DNA from: Ostrea edulis
Lineage: Eukaryota
Length of the DNA stretch: 64,000 nucleotides
NCBI RefSeq assembly: GCF_947568905.1
Contig: NC_079167.1
Span: 56,544,001-56,608,000, forward strand
Reading direction: 5' to 3'
Under the pieces are notes generated by a model. The model was not told the origin of the DNA. It did no database searches and saw nothing but the letters and a program-made list of their open reading frames with translations. Position numbers and translations under genes: made by a program. Positions 1 to 12,400 of the stretch are shown piece by piece (within the stretch, counting starts at the first letter, position 1; every line of letters begins with the position of its first letter).

Positions 1-115
1 TATTGACTGTTAACATACATTTTTTATAGTAAATTAAGTAAAGTTAGGAATAGACAATTGCTTGTTATTCCTCTGTAATTTGTATAAAATAATTGCACAA
101 TGTTTTTCCCTCCAG

Positions 116-1949
116 GACACGTCTTTTTGAGAATTTAAGAATGCTACCTCATGCACCTGGTGTTCAGATGACAGGTAAACTGATAAACCAATGAGAATGT
201 AGTTAGATAATTACCAGAATTGGTAGTTATGGATGAATATCAATGTTGAACTGTCATTGGGCTGATCACTGGGTGTTCTTTTAACTTTTTTGACAGCAAT
301 TCCTGAAGATGCTCTGAATGATGAAAGTGGAGAAGAGGAAGATAAAGAAAATCCAGATGAAAGGATATCAAGTAAGTTTTTCTTTTTCGGTCTTTTTATG
401 CATCAAAGTGCCATTTTCTTGCAGGTCCTCTTTGTTCCCCTAGTCTTTGCATTAACTTTGTATCTTGACATTTTGAAAGTATGCTGACAGTTTTCATTCG
501 TGATTTTTTACTTGACATTTTCATGATGACAGAAAAAGGGATACATGTATGTATATCGAAATATATTTTAGTTCGAGCCAGTGACAAGCGTGTGACGGGC
601 GAGGGGGAATACTCAGATAGCGAGGACGAGGGAGAGAGGAAAGATAGAGCCAACTATAAGCCTAAGGCTAAAAGGATGAAGACTGAGAATGAAGAGAAGA
701 AAGACACGGCAGAGAAAGGTAGGAGATGTACAGTCTGTACTTCTTTATTTTTCTGGTTTACCACACTGTAGTTTGTGTCAGAATTTAGGAACCTTTCTAA
801 AATATGATTATTTCATGTTGCAGGAGCAAAGAAAGAAGAAAAAGAAGTTAAGAAGGAAACAGAAAATAGCAAAGAAGAAACCAAAGCCCCAGAAAAAAGG
901 TAGTTGTTTCAGAAAGAAAATGTACTGAATGCTGCAAAAAATGCTACAATGGGGATGACTCTTATAGTTTTATCTGTCATATACTTTCATCTGATTATAT
1001 ATTTGCCTTTATTTTTCAGTGAGGAAAAATCAGAGACAGTAGAGAAAAAAGGTAAAAATGTTTTGATCATAAATTGGGAACAGAATATGTATATGGCTAC
1101 TTTGCTGATTGCACAAGATAATTTTTCACTTTCTTTCTATGGGGAGTGGATTTTATACTAGTAGTTTTCTGTGAAATTTAACAATGTTTATGACAAACAA
1201 TTGACATGAAAAGAGTCTGTGAAAAAATATTGTTTTTGTCCTATTCCATCGTCACAAGTTTTGTGACCACAGAATCTCTTGCAGTAGCAATTGTAACTTA
1301 AGCAAGACATTTTGGTCTTTTTAATAGATTTTCTACACTTTAAAATGGGTTTTTTCATCTTGATATATGGGAAAATATGTGAATGCAGTTTCTGCTACAA
1401 TATAAGTAGGATTGAAATTTGATCGAGATATTCAGTACCAAGGGCAAGAAACTTCCCAGTTTTTTGGGAGGATGAAATAAAGTTTTGGGAATTCTAATAC
1501 TTCAACTTGGACTTTGTTATTTATGATGCAGAGGGTGTTTGTAAATGCAGTTTCTGTTACATTTCACATTGGATTAGCTTGGAATTTCACAGAAATGTTT
1601 AAGGGAAGGGGGGGGTGCTAACATTTCACATTGGATTAGCTTGGAATTTCACAGAAATGTTTAAGGGAGGGGGGTGCTAATATAAAATCAACAGATGGGG
1701 AGGAGAAGGCTGATTATATATATATATTTAAATATGAATTTTTTTTCCCCATCGTTTGGGAGAAGTCATACATCTTATAGATATTGGTTTGTATTCAGAA
1801 TTTCATTTTGTAGTTAAAATTCTATTAGAAACTCAGTGGTGTTTTTAAAAATTTCAGAGACGTCACCAGCCAGTATAAAAGAACCAACAGCAGCTGAAAC
1901 GAAAGAATCTAGTGATTCAAATGGTACACCACAGAAAATGGAGCATTGA
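116..1949 (+). CDS. HDAC1: Class I histone deacetylase (HDAC1/2, Rpd3 ortholog), 3' part. Exons 116-174, 297-371, 572-718, 824-899, 1020-1051, 1858-1949 (stop TGA 1947-1949); 5' exons lie left of the window
   Basis: Spliced translation [83 protein letters not shown] closely matches the HDAC1/2 C-terminus ([23 protein letters not shown]...DKRI...EFSDSEEEGEG). All introns are GT-AG with compatible phases. The last three exons (K/E-rich tail) are supported by splice signals and phase only. Confidence 0.93.
1559..1680. repeat. ~62-bp tandem duplication within a degenerate repeat in an HDAC intron
   Basis: ACATTTCACATTGGATTAGCTTGGAATTTCACAGAAATGTTTAAGGGA(G)nTGCTA occurs twice in direct succession. 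Confidence 0.85.
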
Positions 1950-2290
1950 ATTACAGAAAATAATGACTAATGACGTCATTGGTGAAATGAAATTCTTGAC
2001 AAAATTTTCATTCTTTTTACATGGATTTGTTGACAAAAACTTGTCATTTGTTTTAAGTCTTGAGGACTATTATGCAGCTGGACCATGTTTAGAGTCTCAC
2101 CCTCATTGCAAATTACCTAGCAGAACATGAAATTCACGGAAGATTTCACCCTTCATACTCAATTGCTTCATTTCATTGTACAGATCACAGAATAATAAAT
2201 ATGGACATTCATTTTTTTTAATGTTTGATTTATAACTTCAAAACAAATTTGATATTTGTTAGAAAACTTTGAATTTTAAAGGGGATGTAT

Positions 2291-2968
2291 AACAAGACAT
2301 GTTTGTAAAACATATGCCCCACCGCCTTCCTTCCTCCTCCAAAATTTAAAACCATAGTGACCTTTTTGATCTGAGATCCAATTACGATCATTTTACAGGT
2401 GATAATCAATTTATCTGTGGAGTTTGTTGATATTTAGTAAAAGATCCTCGAATTATAAAATTGTTATTCAATATGCAAGCAAACAAGCCCCATGGTACAT
2501 GACCTAAAAGTCAGCAAGTGTTATTCAGAGGTTACCCAACCTCACTTTGAGATTTAATGATGACCTGAAAATCAATCGGATTATCTACTAGTCATCACTG
2601 ACCTCCCAATGAAGTTTTAATCACAACTAGAACTGTCCTAAAAGGACTAATACCCCCACAGGGATCATTGAATGGTGGGAAATAGTGAATTTTTGCTCAT
2701 TGAGTAATAAACACTTTATTTTGACACGAAGAACTCGGTTTTCTTGAGCAATTAATGTAAATGCAAGATTATATATTCTGCAGTAGAGCATTACTAAGAA
2801 TGCTTAATATCATCACTCGGAATGTTTAAGATATGCTTAATATCATCACTCGGAATGTTTAAGATATGCTTAGTATAACTTCTGAATATCGTAAACAACT
2901 TATCTTTTCTTAACAAAGTCATATCCACAGACAGACAGAAAATGGAATGATGATTCCATTATACCCTC
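2291..2968 (+). mobile_element. Degenerate Helentron-like remnant containing a 33-bp tandem duplication (about 2800-2872)
   Basis: Starts AACAAGACATGTTTGTAAAACATATGCCC; ACAG microsatellite and GATTCCATTATACCC end; duplicated ATGCTTAATATCATCACTCGGAATGTTTAAGAT. Confidence 0.45.
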
Positions 2969-3039
2969 TCCTACACTTATACAGTTGTTTCTGTGAGTGA
3001 ACAGATCATTACAAAATCTAAAAGAAAATGACCAAGTCC

Positions 3040-4566
3040 ATAAAGTTGGGGAAAAAACACCTATAGAATAAAAATATTTCTGTAACTTCCTTGAATGTAA
3101 AAGAATTTCAATACAAGAGGCTCATGGGCCACATCGCTCACCTGAGTCACCTTGGCCCATATCTGAAGACTTTCCATATATATTTGCATGTAAAACCTTC
3201 GTCCCTATTATGGCCCAAACTACCCTTTGCAAACTTGAATCTACACTATGTCAGGAAGCTTTCATGTAAATGTCAACTTCTTTGGCCCAATGGTTCTTGA
3301 GAAGAAGATTTTTAAAGCTTTTTCCTATATTTGTATGTAAAACTTTGAAACCCCCCCCCCCCCCCCCCCACTTGTGGCCCCATCCTACCCCCCGGGGGCC
3401 ATGATTTGAACAAACTTGAATCTGCACTATGTCAGAAAGGTTTCTTGTAAATATCAGCTTTTCTGACTCAGTGGTTATTGAGAAAAAGATTTTAACTATA
3501 TATTTGTATGTAAAACTTTGATCCCCCTTGTGGCCCAATCCTACCCCCGGGGGCCATGATTTGAACAAACTTGAATCTGCACTATGTCAGAAAGTTTTCA
3601 TGTAAAAATCAGCTTTTCTGGCTCAGTGGTTCTTGAGAAGAAGATTTTTCCTACATATTTGTATGTAAAACTTTGATCCCCTATTGTGGCCCCATCCAAC
3701 CCCCGGAGCCCATGATTTGAACAAACTTGAATCTGCACTATGTCAGAAAGTTTTCATGTAAAAATCAGCTTTTCTGGCTTAGTGGTTCTTGAGAAGAAGA
3801 TTTTTAAAGTTTTTCCCTATATATTTGTATGTAAAACTTTGATCCCCTATTGTGGCCCCATCCTACCCCCGGGGGCCATGATTTGAACAAACTTGAATCT
3901 GCATTATGTCAGAAAGTTTTCATGTAAAAATCAGCTTTTCGGGCTCAGTGGTTCTTGAGAAGAAGATTTTTAAAGATTTGTCATATATATTTGTATGTAA
4001 AACTTTGATCCCCTATTGTGGCCCCATCCAACCCCCGGAGCCCATGATTTGAACAAACTTGAATCTGCATTATGTCAGAAAGTTTTCATGTAAAAATCAG
4101 CTTTTCTGGCTCAGTGGTTCTTGAGAAGAAGATTTTTCCTATATATTTGTATGTAAAACTTTGATCCCCTATTGTGGCCCCATCCAACCCCCGGAGCCCA
4201 TGATTTGAACAAACTTGAATCTGCATTATGTCAGGAAGCTTTCATGTAAATCTCAGCTTTTCTGGCTTAGTGGTTCTTGAGAAGAAGATTTTTAAAGTTT
4301 TTCCCTATATATTTGTATGTAAAACTTTGATCCCCCCTTGTGGCCCCATCCTACCACCAGGGGCCATGATTTGAATAAACTTGAATCTGCAATATGTCAG
4401 GAAGCTTTCAGGTAAATTTCAGCTCTTCTGGCCCAGTGGTTCCTGGGAAGAAGATTTTTAAATGACCCCACCCTATTTTTGCATTTTTGTGATTATCTCC
4501 CCTTTGAAAGGGACATGGCCCTTCATTTGAACAAACTTGAAAGCCCTTCACCCAAGGATGCTTTTG

Positions 4567-4609
<43 letters not shown>

Positions 4610-4611
4610 TC

Positions 4612-4647
<36 letters not shown>

Positions 4648-5018
4648 CCGGACAAAATGTGATCAGAATAGCTCACTTGAACCTTCGGTTCAGGTGAGCT
4701 AAAAAATGACAGGTGCACAACTTCATTATATACATAATATATACACAAAGTTTAAATCAAATCTGTTCATTGGTTTTTCAGATATTCTCTGGACAATGAC
4801 AGCACCCCCTCAAAATGGAAGAAATATCCACAACTTCCTTGAATGTTAAAATATCTCAAAATTGCAGGTGCACAACTTCATTATTCATGTAAGATCTACA
4901 TGAATTTTTCATCAATTTACTCATCCATGTTAAAGATATTCTCTGGACAAATTATGTTTATGGACTGACAAGGTGATTCCAGTAACCCTCCCCCAAACTT
5001 TGTTTGCAAGGGGTATAA
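3040..5018 (+). mobile_element. Older Helentron-like element interrupted by the 3113-4705 insertion
   Basis: AACTTCCTTGAATGT(A/T)AAA...CAGGTGCACAACTTCATT is split across the insertion (3084-3112 and 4705-4733) and intact at about 4833-4885. The element ends in CCCTCCCCCAAACTTTGTTTGCAAGGGGTATAA. Confidence 0.6.
3113..4705 (+). mobile_element. Non-autonomous Helentron (HINE-like) carrying a tandem array of ~155-181-bp satellite monomers (Cg170/HindIII-type)
   Basis: 5' box ACAAGAGGCTCATGGGCCACATCGCTCACCTGAG; monomer starts at 3234, 3415, 3570, 3726, 3892, 4058, 4214, 4380; ACAG/ACGG microsatellite near 4628-4646; 3' stem-loop/subTIR AGCTCACTTGAACCTTCGGTTCAGGTGAGCTAAAAA. Confidence 0.85.
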
Positions 5019-5219
5019 GAATAAGGGTTCTTCTGTGATTGGTTGGACAATGATAAGCATGCTAGAAAGCCTGTGACCATTGGTGCTGAAAATCAATATT
5101 GGACACCCACAAGTCATTACATAACCTGCATTTTCTCATAATCATTGGACATAGGGTTCTCTAGTAATCAGCTAGACAACTGAAGTAAGGCATAAAAAGA
5201 ATCTAAATTTAGTTTCAGG

Positions 5220-6476
5220 TTTTAGTTCACCTGAGCTAAAAGCTCAAGTGAGCTATTCTGATCACCCGTATTCCGGCGTCCGTCCGTCTGTAAACTTTTA
5301 ACATTTTCAACTTCTTCTCAAAAACCACTGGGCCAATTTCAACCAAAGTTGGCACAAAACATCCTTAGGTAAAGGGAATTCTAAATTGTTAAAATAAAGG
5401 GCCAGTCCACCTTCCAAGGGGAGACAATCAAGAAAAGGTAAAAATAGGGTAGGGTCATTAAAAAATCTTCTTCTCAAGAACCACTAGGCCAGAAAAGATG
5501 AAATTTATAGATAAGCTTTATTAGGTAGTGCAGATTCTAAATTGTTAAAATCATGGCCCCCGGGGGTTGGATGGGGCCACAATAGGGGGTCAAAGTTTTA
5601 CATACAAATATATAGGAAAAATCTTCTTCCCAAGAACCACTGAGCCAGAAAAGCTGAGATTTATATGAAAGCTTCCTGATATAGTGCAAATTCTAAATTG
5701 TTAAAATCATGGCCCCCAGGGGTTGGATGGGGCCACAACAGGGGATCAAAGTTTTACATACAAATATATAGGAAAAATCTTCTCAAGAACCACTGAGCCA
5801 GAAAAGCTGAGTTTTATATGAAAGCTTCCTGATATAGTGCAGATTCTAAATAGTTAAAATCATGGCCCCCGGGGGTTGGATGGGGCCACAATAGGGGATC
5901 AAAGTTTTACATACAAATATATAGAAAAAATCTTTCAAAATCTTTTTCTCAAGAACCGCTGAGCCAGAAAAGCTGAGATTTATATGAAAGCTTCCTGATA
6001 TAGTGCAGATTCTAAATTGTTAAAATCATGGCCCCCAGGGATCGGATGGGGCCACAATAGGGGATCAAAGTTTTACATACAAATACATAGGAAAAATCTT
6101 CTTCCCAAGAACCACTGAGCCAGAAAAGCTGAGATTTATATGAAAGCTTTCTGATATAGTGAAGATTCAGGTTTGTTAAAATCATGGCCCCCTGGGGTAG
6201 GATGGGGCCACAATAGGGGATCAAAGTTTTACATACAAATATATAGGGAAAATCTTTAAAAATCTTCTTCTCAAGAACCATTGGACCAAAGAAGTTCATA
6301 TTTACATGAAAGCTTTCTGACATAGTGTAGATTCAAGTTTGCAAAAACCATGGCCTCCAGGGGTAGGTTTGGGGCCATAATAGGGACTACGGTTTTGCAT
6401 GCAAATATATATGGAAAGTCTTCTGATATGGACCAAGGTGACTCAGGTGAGCAATGTGGCCCATGGGCCTCTTGTT
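5220..6476 (-). mobile_element. Second satellite-carrying non-autonomous Helentron, opposite orientation
   Basis: Reverse complement of the same terminal boxes (TTTAGTTCACCTGAGCTAAAAGCTCAAGTGAGCT at 5221; CTCAGGTGAGCAATGTGGCCCATGGGCCTCTTGTT at 6442-6476), with about 6 internal ~153-166-bp monomers. Confidence 0.85.
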
Positions 6477-7752
6477 TAACTTGTTATAGCAGAGAAAAGA
6501 AAGATTTTTATGTTGAAATTTATTCAAGTAAATATAAAAAAAAGTACATAGTCATATATTTTTCATGAAATGTAAACTATATATTTTGAGGTTTTCCATT
6601 CCATAGAAACAATATCAATCATGTAAATCAAATACAGATCTCATCATACTGTTCACATTTCTAGAGTTGTACAAAAACAGAAAGAAAAGTGACGTAGTTT
6701 TGCTCCTCAATCAGCATTAGATATCTAAAAATGTTATTAAAAAATGATAAACTCACTTCAACAGAATGTTAAAGTTTTAGAATGAACCAGTCTATATGCT
6801 ACGTTGTTTACATTTTGTTGCTGGGATTTTTTGCTGTAGAACTAAACAAATTAGCTATTATATATATATATATATATCTGCTTTATAGAGAGGGTTGTGA
6901 AAGCTTTCAGAGACATTCCAGATTAAAAAAGCAACACAATAAAACATGCAGCATAGCAGTTTCCTAATGAACATTTTAAGATCTTTAGCGTAATTATGTT
7001 ACTTTGCTCCAAATGAGTCTTTGGTATGTTGTACTAATAACAGAGAAACCAGCAATATCCATTTCTTGTTACAACATGGAAATTTTTTACACTTAATCAC
7101 ATGACACATAGAAAAAGCACCAATTTGTTAATGAGTTATGAGTAGTATGAAAGTCATTAAATTTGCAATGAACATGTAAAACCTTAATTAAAAGGGCTTG
7201 CACACTTATAAAAGAGGCATCAATTGTCATATTATCAGTTGAACTCTATGAAATTCAATTGTTAAAGATGAAATTCTGCTAAAAGCATACAATACACACA
7301 TAAATGGTATAAAATCAAAATCCATTGAGTATTTTAATATTGGGGGCCACTGAGCCACATGGGGTTGTGTTGTCTGGGTAAGAATTAAATGAAAGAGTGC
7401 AGATGATGCTGTTTACTATTTTCTTCCGCAAATTTTTCTTGATTTTACCACCTTTTACCTAGTTTAAAAAGTTTAATTTTTCAGTACTAGAGTGTTTTTT
7501 TCCAAAATGGAAATAATAATCAAACTTCTTTCAAAAACTTCCCCAACTGTAAAGTACACATAAAATACAACACTATGTAGTTTGGACATTTTGAAAGCTG
7601 TATATTTTAAAATGACAGGATACAAAATATAGATTTTAAAATGACGGTACATAATTTTAATGACTGTGTTTATTATCCAGATAAGGTAGGACTGAGGTAG
7701 ACATAGTGCATGCAACACAACCAATACTACTAAACCACCGATCAGAGCTTTA

Positions 7753-8807
7753 TGCCTCGTTCACACGGATGCGCATTTGATGTGAAGTAAAATAATGCGC
7801 ATTAAATTAATTCGAATGAAATAGCATTTACACAGCGGTAATATTTAATGCGAATTAAACTAATGCGCATTAAATTCGTATGCATCTCTAAATTAAAGGG
7901 TGTGGGAAAAGAATTAAAGGATAGACTATATTATTGAAAATTATTTTTATTCTATATTACTGTATGATGAAAATTGGGTAGATACAGAATTCATTGTTCA
8001 AAACACTAGGCCTATATATAGTGTACATGTTTACAATGTACATGTAACTGATCTACACACAAGGAGATTTCTCGTGTTTGTTTCTATATGTTCTCAAGAA
8101 ATTACTTGTTATTTCCTCTGACGACCAGCATTCATTCTAGACAATGTATTGCTTCTTCGTGAACCCAGTTTAAAAAACCTCGAAACGACTCTTTCACCAT
8201 TTCGCTGACTACTGTTGTGACATAACTTTTAATTACTAATACGTATTATAAGTCTACTATGATGTCATATAGTATAAAAAAAATAACAATGAGCGGCATA
8301 TTTGTTTTTTAAAAAATGTATTAAAAAAAATCAAAAATCAAAAAAATCAAAAAAAAAATAAAATCATATTTTCACTAATTTAAGCATTTTTGTCTTAGTT
8401 TAAAGCAATTCCTTCCATATGTATTACTCAATATGCCTATGCAGAGCACAGATTTACGTCTGACATTATCTAATGACATACTGTTTGTACATGTTTTTTT
8501 TAGTGATTATTATCATTTTAATTAATTTTTCGCACAAAACTAACACTAACATACATAGCTGACCATGGATATGATGCATGTGACCCAAATTTGCCATTAC
8601 GCATGCGTGTATATTCAATGCGAATTAGCTTCGCTTTGTGTTCACACGGAGCTAATGCGAAGTAAATTTAATTTGCATTTTATCCCGACGTAAATTTCAA
8701 TTCGAAGTAAACTAATGTGCATTAAAATCTGTGTGTGTACGCGGTTCAGATTTAATTCGCATTAACTTACGTTTAATGCGAATTAAATTCTTCGCGTGAA
8801 CGAGGCA
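7753..8807. mobile_element. PIF/Harbinger-type MITE
   Basis: TIRs TGCCTCGTTCACACG / CGCGTGAACGAGGCA; 3-bp TSD TTA at 7750-7752 and 8808-8810; subterminal TTAATGCG(A/C)ATTAAA repeats at both ends; no ORF. Confidence 0.8.
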
Positions 8808-9383
8808 TTAAATGACCCTTCTAGTGAACCTGTAATTGAAACAAAAAGGGCAAAAACCAGATACTTGAAACTTTCTTCTTCTTTTCTTTGCCAGAGGGAG
8901 AAAGAACACAGATATTATATATAAATGGATAGCAGAAGGGGCCAAGTATACAAAATAAAATGCACAAAACTATTAATATTAAACATGAAAAAAAAAGCGA
9001 CTACATGTAGTACATACATGTACCATACTGAATGTTGACAGAATACAACATGTACACGTGAAGACATTGAAATATAGACAGATTTTACCTTTCATACATG
9101 AGACATTCAAGTAATGATTATAAAAAATGCAATCACTTATCACCTTTCTAACTCGTATACATAAAATATAATAGTCATGTGTCATCAGTTGTCTCCGTTT
9201 CATAAAACACTCACTTTCACAAATGATGTACATGTTCCTTATTGCACTTTAGAATACACATGTGCAAACTTTGATCACAGATGTTCCTTCTTTTTTCATC
9301 ACTCTATTGAGACTCCTCATATGCAGCCTTTACAAATTTCTGTCATGCACCACCTTATGATGTCTATGTGGTGTGTCTGTCTG

Positions 9384-9476
9384 CTAACATATGGGACAAC
9401 ACCGGCCTACAACTGTTCTAGGGCTGGCACATGGTAGAACTGGACACGTTTGTTTTGTACACTCAACTTGATCTCC
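9384..9476 (-). CDS. PXDN: Peroxidasin exon 20 (VWC, second half, stop)
   Basis: [30 protein letters not shown]; ends in the VWC CCPxC motif and TAG. Confidence 0.92.
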   Translation of the reverse strand, partial: GDQVECTKQTCPVLPCASPRTVVGRCCPIC

Positions 9477-12400
9477 CTAAATAATCAAGGAAATTTTTTA
9501 ACATGTGACAATTTCAAACTTATGATACATGTATCGTTTAGGTATGCATGTTTAAAGTTAGTATTGGTGAAACATTAACTTAAAAAGTGTCCATTGGACT
9601 TAGACCTCTCTCTCTCTCTCTCTCTGAGTCTCTCTCTCTCTCTCTCATGCTTTGGAAACCACTTCCAAACTAAACATATCCAATCCCAAATTTGTACACA
9701 CTAACCTAATCCCAAATACACACTTACTAAATCCTATATACACTCTTATCCAATCCCAAATCCTGACCTCTTACCCATTTACTTCAAGTTTTCCCTTTGT
9801 TAAACTTCAGTCACCACAAAGGTTAAATATAATGACTAAGCCAACTGTGGATTATTTTCTTTGATGACAGAATGGGACAAGCGTCAGCTAGATTCAGATG
9901 TACATGTATACTCTAGCCTTGTTATAGTACACATGTACATCCACTGACAACCATTATAATATATACATATAATGTATTGATAATAGTTGCTTGGACCCAA
10001 TTCTATCTCGCCATAATTCTTCAAAGTCAATATAAGAGTGCCTACTATTGATATTGCATTGCTGGTAACATCACAACAATGTTACTGGCAAACTCATTAA
10101 TGCTCATGTACGTTACTTAGTCCTCAATATGCTTAACATTATTCAAGAAAAGAGACAACATTGGCAGTTTTGTTAGGTAAATGGAGAGTACTCTTAGTCT
10201 TGTCATCCTTCATCATACTGTTATGTGATCGTTAGCAATCTCAACAGAATATCCCTTCCACTTGACCTGAAGTCAGTTTTACTGTTTCACTACATACTTC
10301 ATGCTGAGTAGGGTAGTAAATAAAGTGGACTCACCCGGCAGGCACAGGTCTTACAGTTATTGACAGTCCATCTGTCTAAGTTTTTCCTTTTCTGCCCTTT
10401 GTTGTCGTAACAGCCCTTACGAGTCTTCCTCATATACTTGTTCACTTTCTTCAACTGAAAATGAAAGATATCACTTGCAGATCAGATCAGTTTTCTAAAG
10501 AAATCATAGCTAAGTCCTCTCCTGCATGTTTTCTGACACCTTGAAGTGATTATACTGCATATAGTGAATTACATTTCCATGGTAAGTAAAATAAAGAAGA
10601 AATGCATAAGCTTCACAAACTACAGTCACACCTCATTATCTCTTACTCAATGGGACCAAGAAAAAACTTTTAGATATCGGAGGGCTCAAGATATAGAGGA
10701 TCTTGAACGAATGCTTATGGCATATGAAATGAGTTGCTGGTTTTAATATTTCCCGAGCCTTGGCATTGAGCGCAAGAAATAAGATCTATAGATAAACACA
10801 TCAACATTATAGCTAAATTGAAATATTAATCTTAAAATTTTAATATTAAGTGATGTCATTATTTTACAACAAAATAAACAGGAATAATTATGATAGACTT
10901 GAATAACATTTGTAGTAAAACTAAAAAGTTGACAATTTTGTATCCATGTTAGCACAAGCAATTTTGTGTTATTCATGTTATTGTTTGACGTAATCTGCTC
11001 CATCACGGTTTGGGGAATTAAACTTAGCCTGCAGTCGCTTGAAATTTCTGTTTCATATTTTCACTTCATAAAAAAAACACAGAATCGTTTTGAAACAACC
11101 TTGGTTACAATTGCATGCTCTTTACCGTCAATTTTAATAGTCGCCAACTTCAAAGGATGTCATATTGTTTTGTTTACGTGGCGCATTAATACATGTGATT
11201 AACCTACATGATTTGCATATATAGTTATTAACCTGTTCATATCATTTTTCCAAACTCGCGTTATGAACCCGAAAATAGTACTGTTGTGTGATAAACTGAG
11301 GTTAAAATACATGAAGGAAGTGTAGTTGGGACTTCCAACTTGCATCAACATACCCATGGTATTCGTTATACCGATGTTCAAGATACTGAAGTTCAACTGT
11401 ATGCTTCTAATGAATCACTATTTGTTATTAGACTGTTGTACTGGTATTTGTAGAGTCTCTGCCCTGATTTCCTCTTAGTTTTAAAAATTTCATTTGAATA
11501 TGAAATTTACCTTTCTTTTCAGTGTTACCACTGTCTTTGTAAGACCTCTGATTTCATTTTCCATTTTTGAGAATTTGGAGTCGATGACTGACATTTGGTC
11601 GTTGAGTGTACGTATCTGGGAGCGGTCAGTTGAAGGTCGGGACAACAGGGTGGTGTTGTGTTCCCGATCTTCACGATGAGAAAACTGAGTATTCTGCCCT
11701 CGCCGGAAATGGTTGGTCAGGGATTGGAAATTTCCGGATTTCTCACAGTCTAAAATGGTGGGAAATTGTAGATTGAAAACATTAAAAAAATTTAATAGTT
11801 AAAAAGTTAATATCACATTACTGTAAAAGAAGCCACAGCCCTAATTTTAAAGCCTATAATTACTACAATTTTTTGTATGACTTACTTGTACAACATTCAG
11901 ACCAGACTTTCAGATTCAATTTTGGAATTTTAGAACACTCGAGGTAATCTGCATCACTATCAGCCTTCACAAACACATCTCTCTGAACACGCTGAATGCC
12001 ATCACTGCTCTCACACATAATCTGAGCTAGAGTAACCTGCTTGATTTCTGCTAACTGGTTTGGCTCAAATACACCTGGATTTTCATACCAGAATCTGCAA
12101 ACAAAAATTTACAATTTGGGTCAAAAATTAAACTAATGACGCTTTTACCTATAACTAGAACACACCAATACACATGTACCTTTAATTCTTAAATTCAACT
12201 TTCTAATGAAAATAGTTAACACTGTTGACTACTATGCTGTTTCCTGTCTCAATGGATGACAACTAAATCATTGCACATGTGCTCTAGCTACTGAGCAAGT
12301 CATTAAAATTATCAAGGACTTCTTCCTAATGACCAGTGTGATTTACTCCAAAAATAGACATGAAATAGCCAATAAACTGAGCATTAATGTGCCTGATACA

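Noticed and set aside
3091-6568. ORFs 3091-3300, 3251-3568, 4479-4697, 4548-4748, 6012-6323, 6350-6568
   Set aside because: These are chance translations of satellite and Helentron sequence with no protein-like features.
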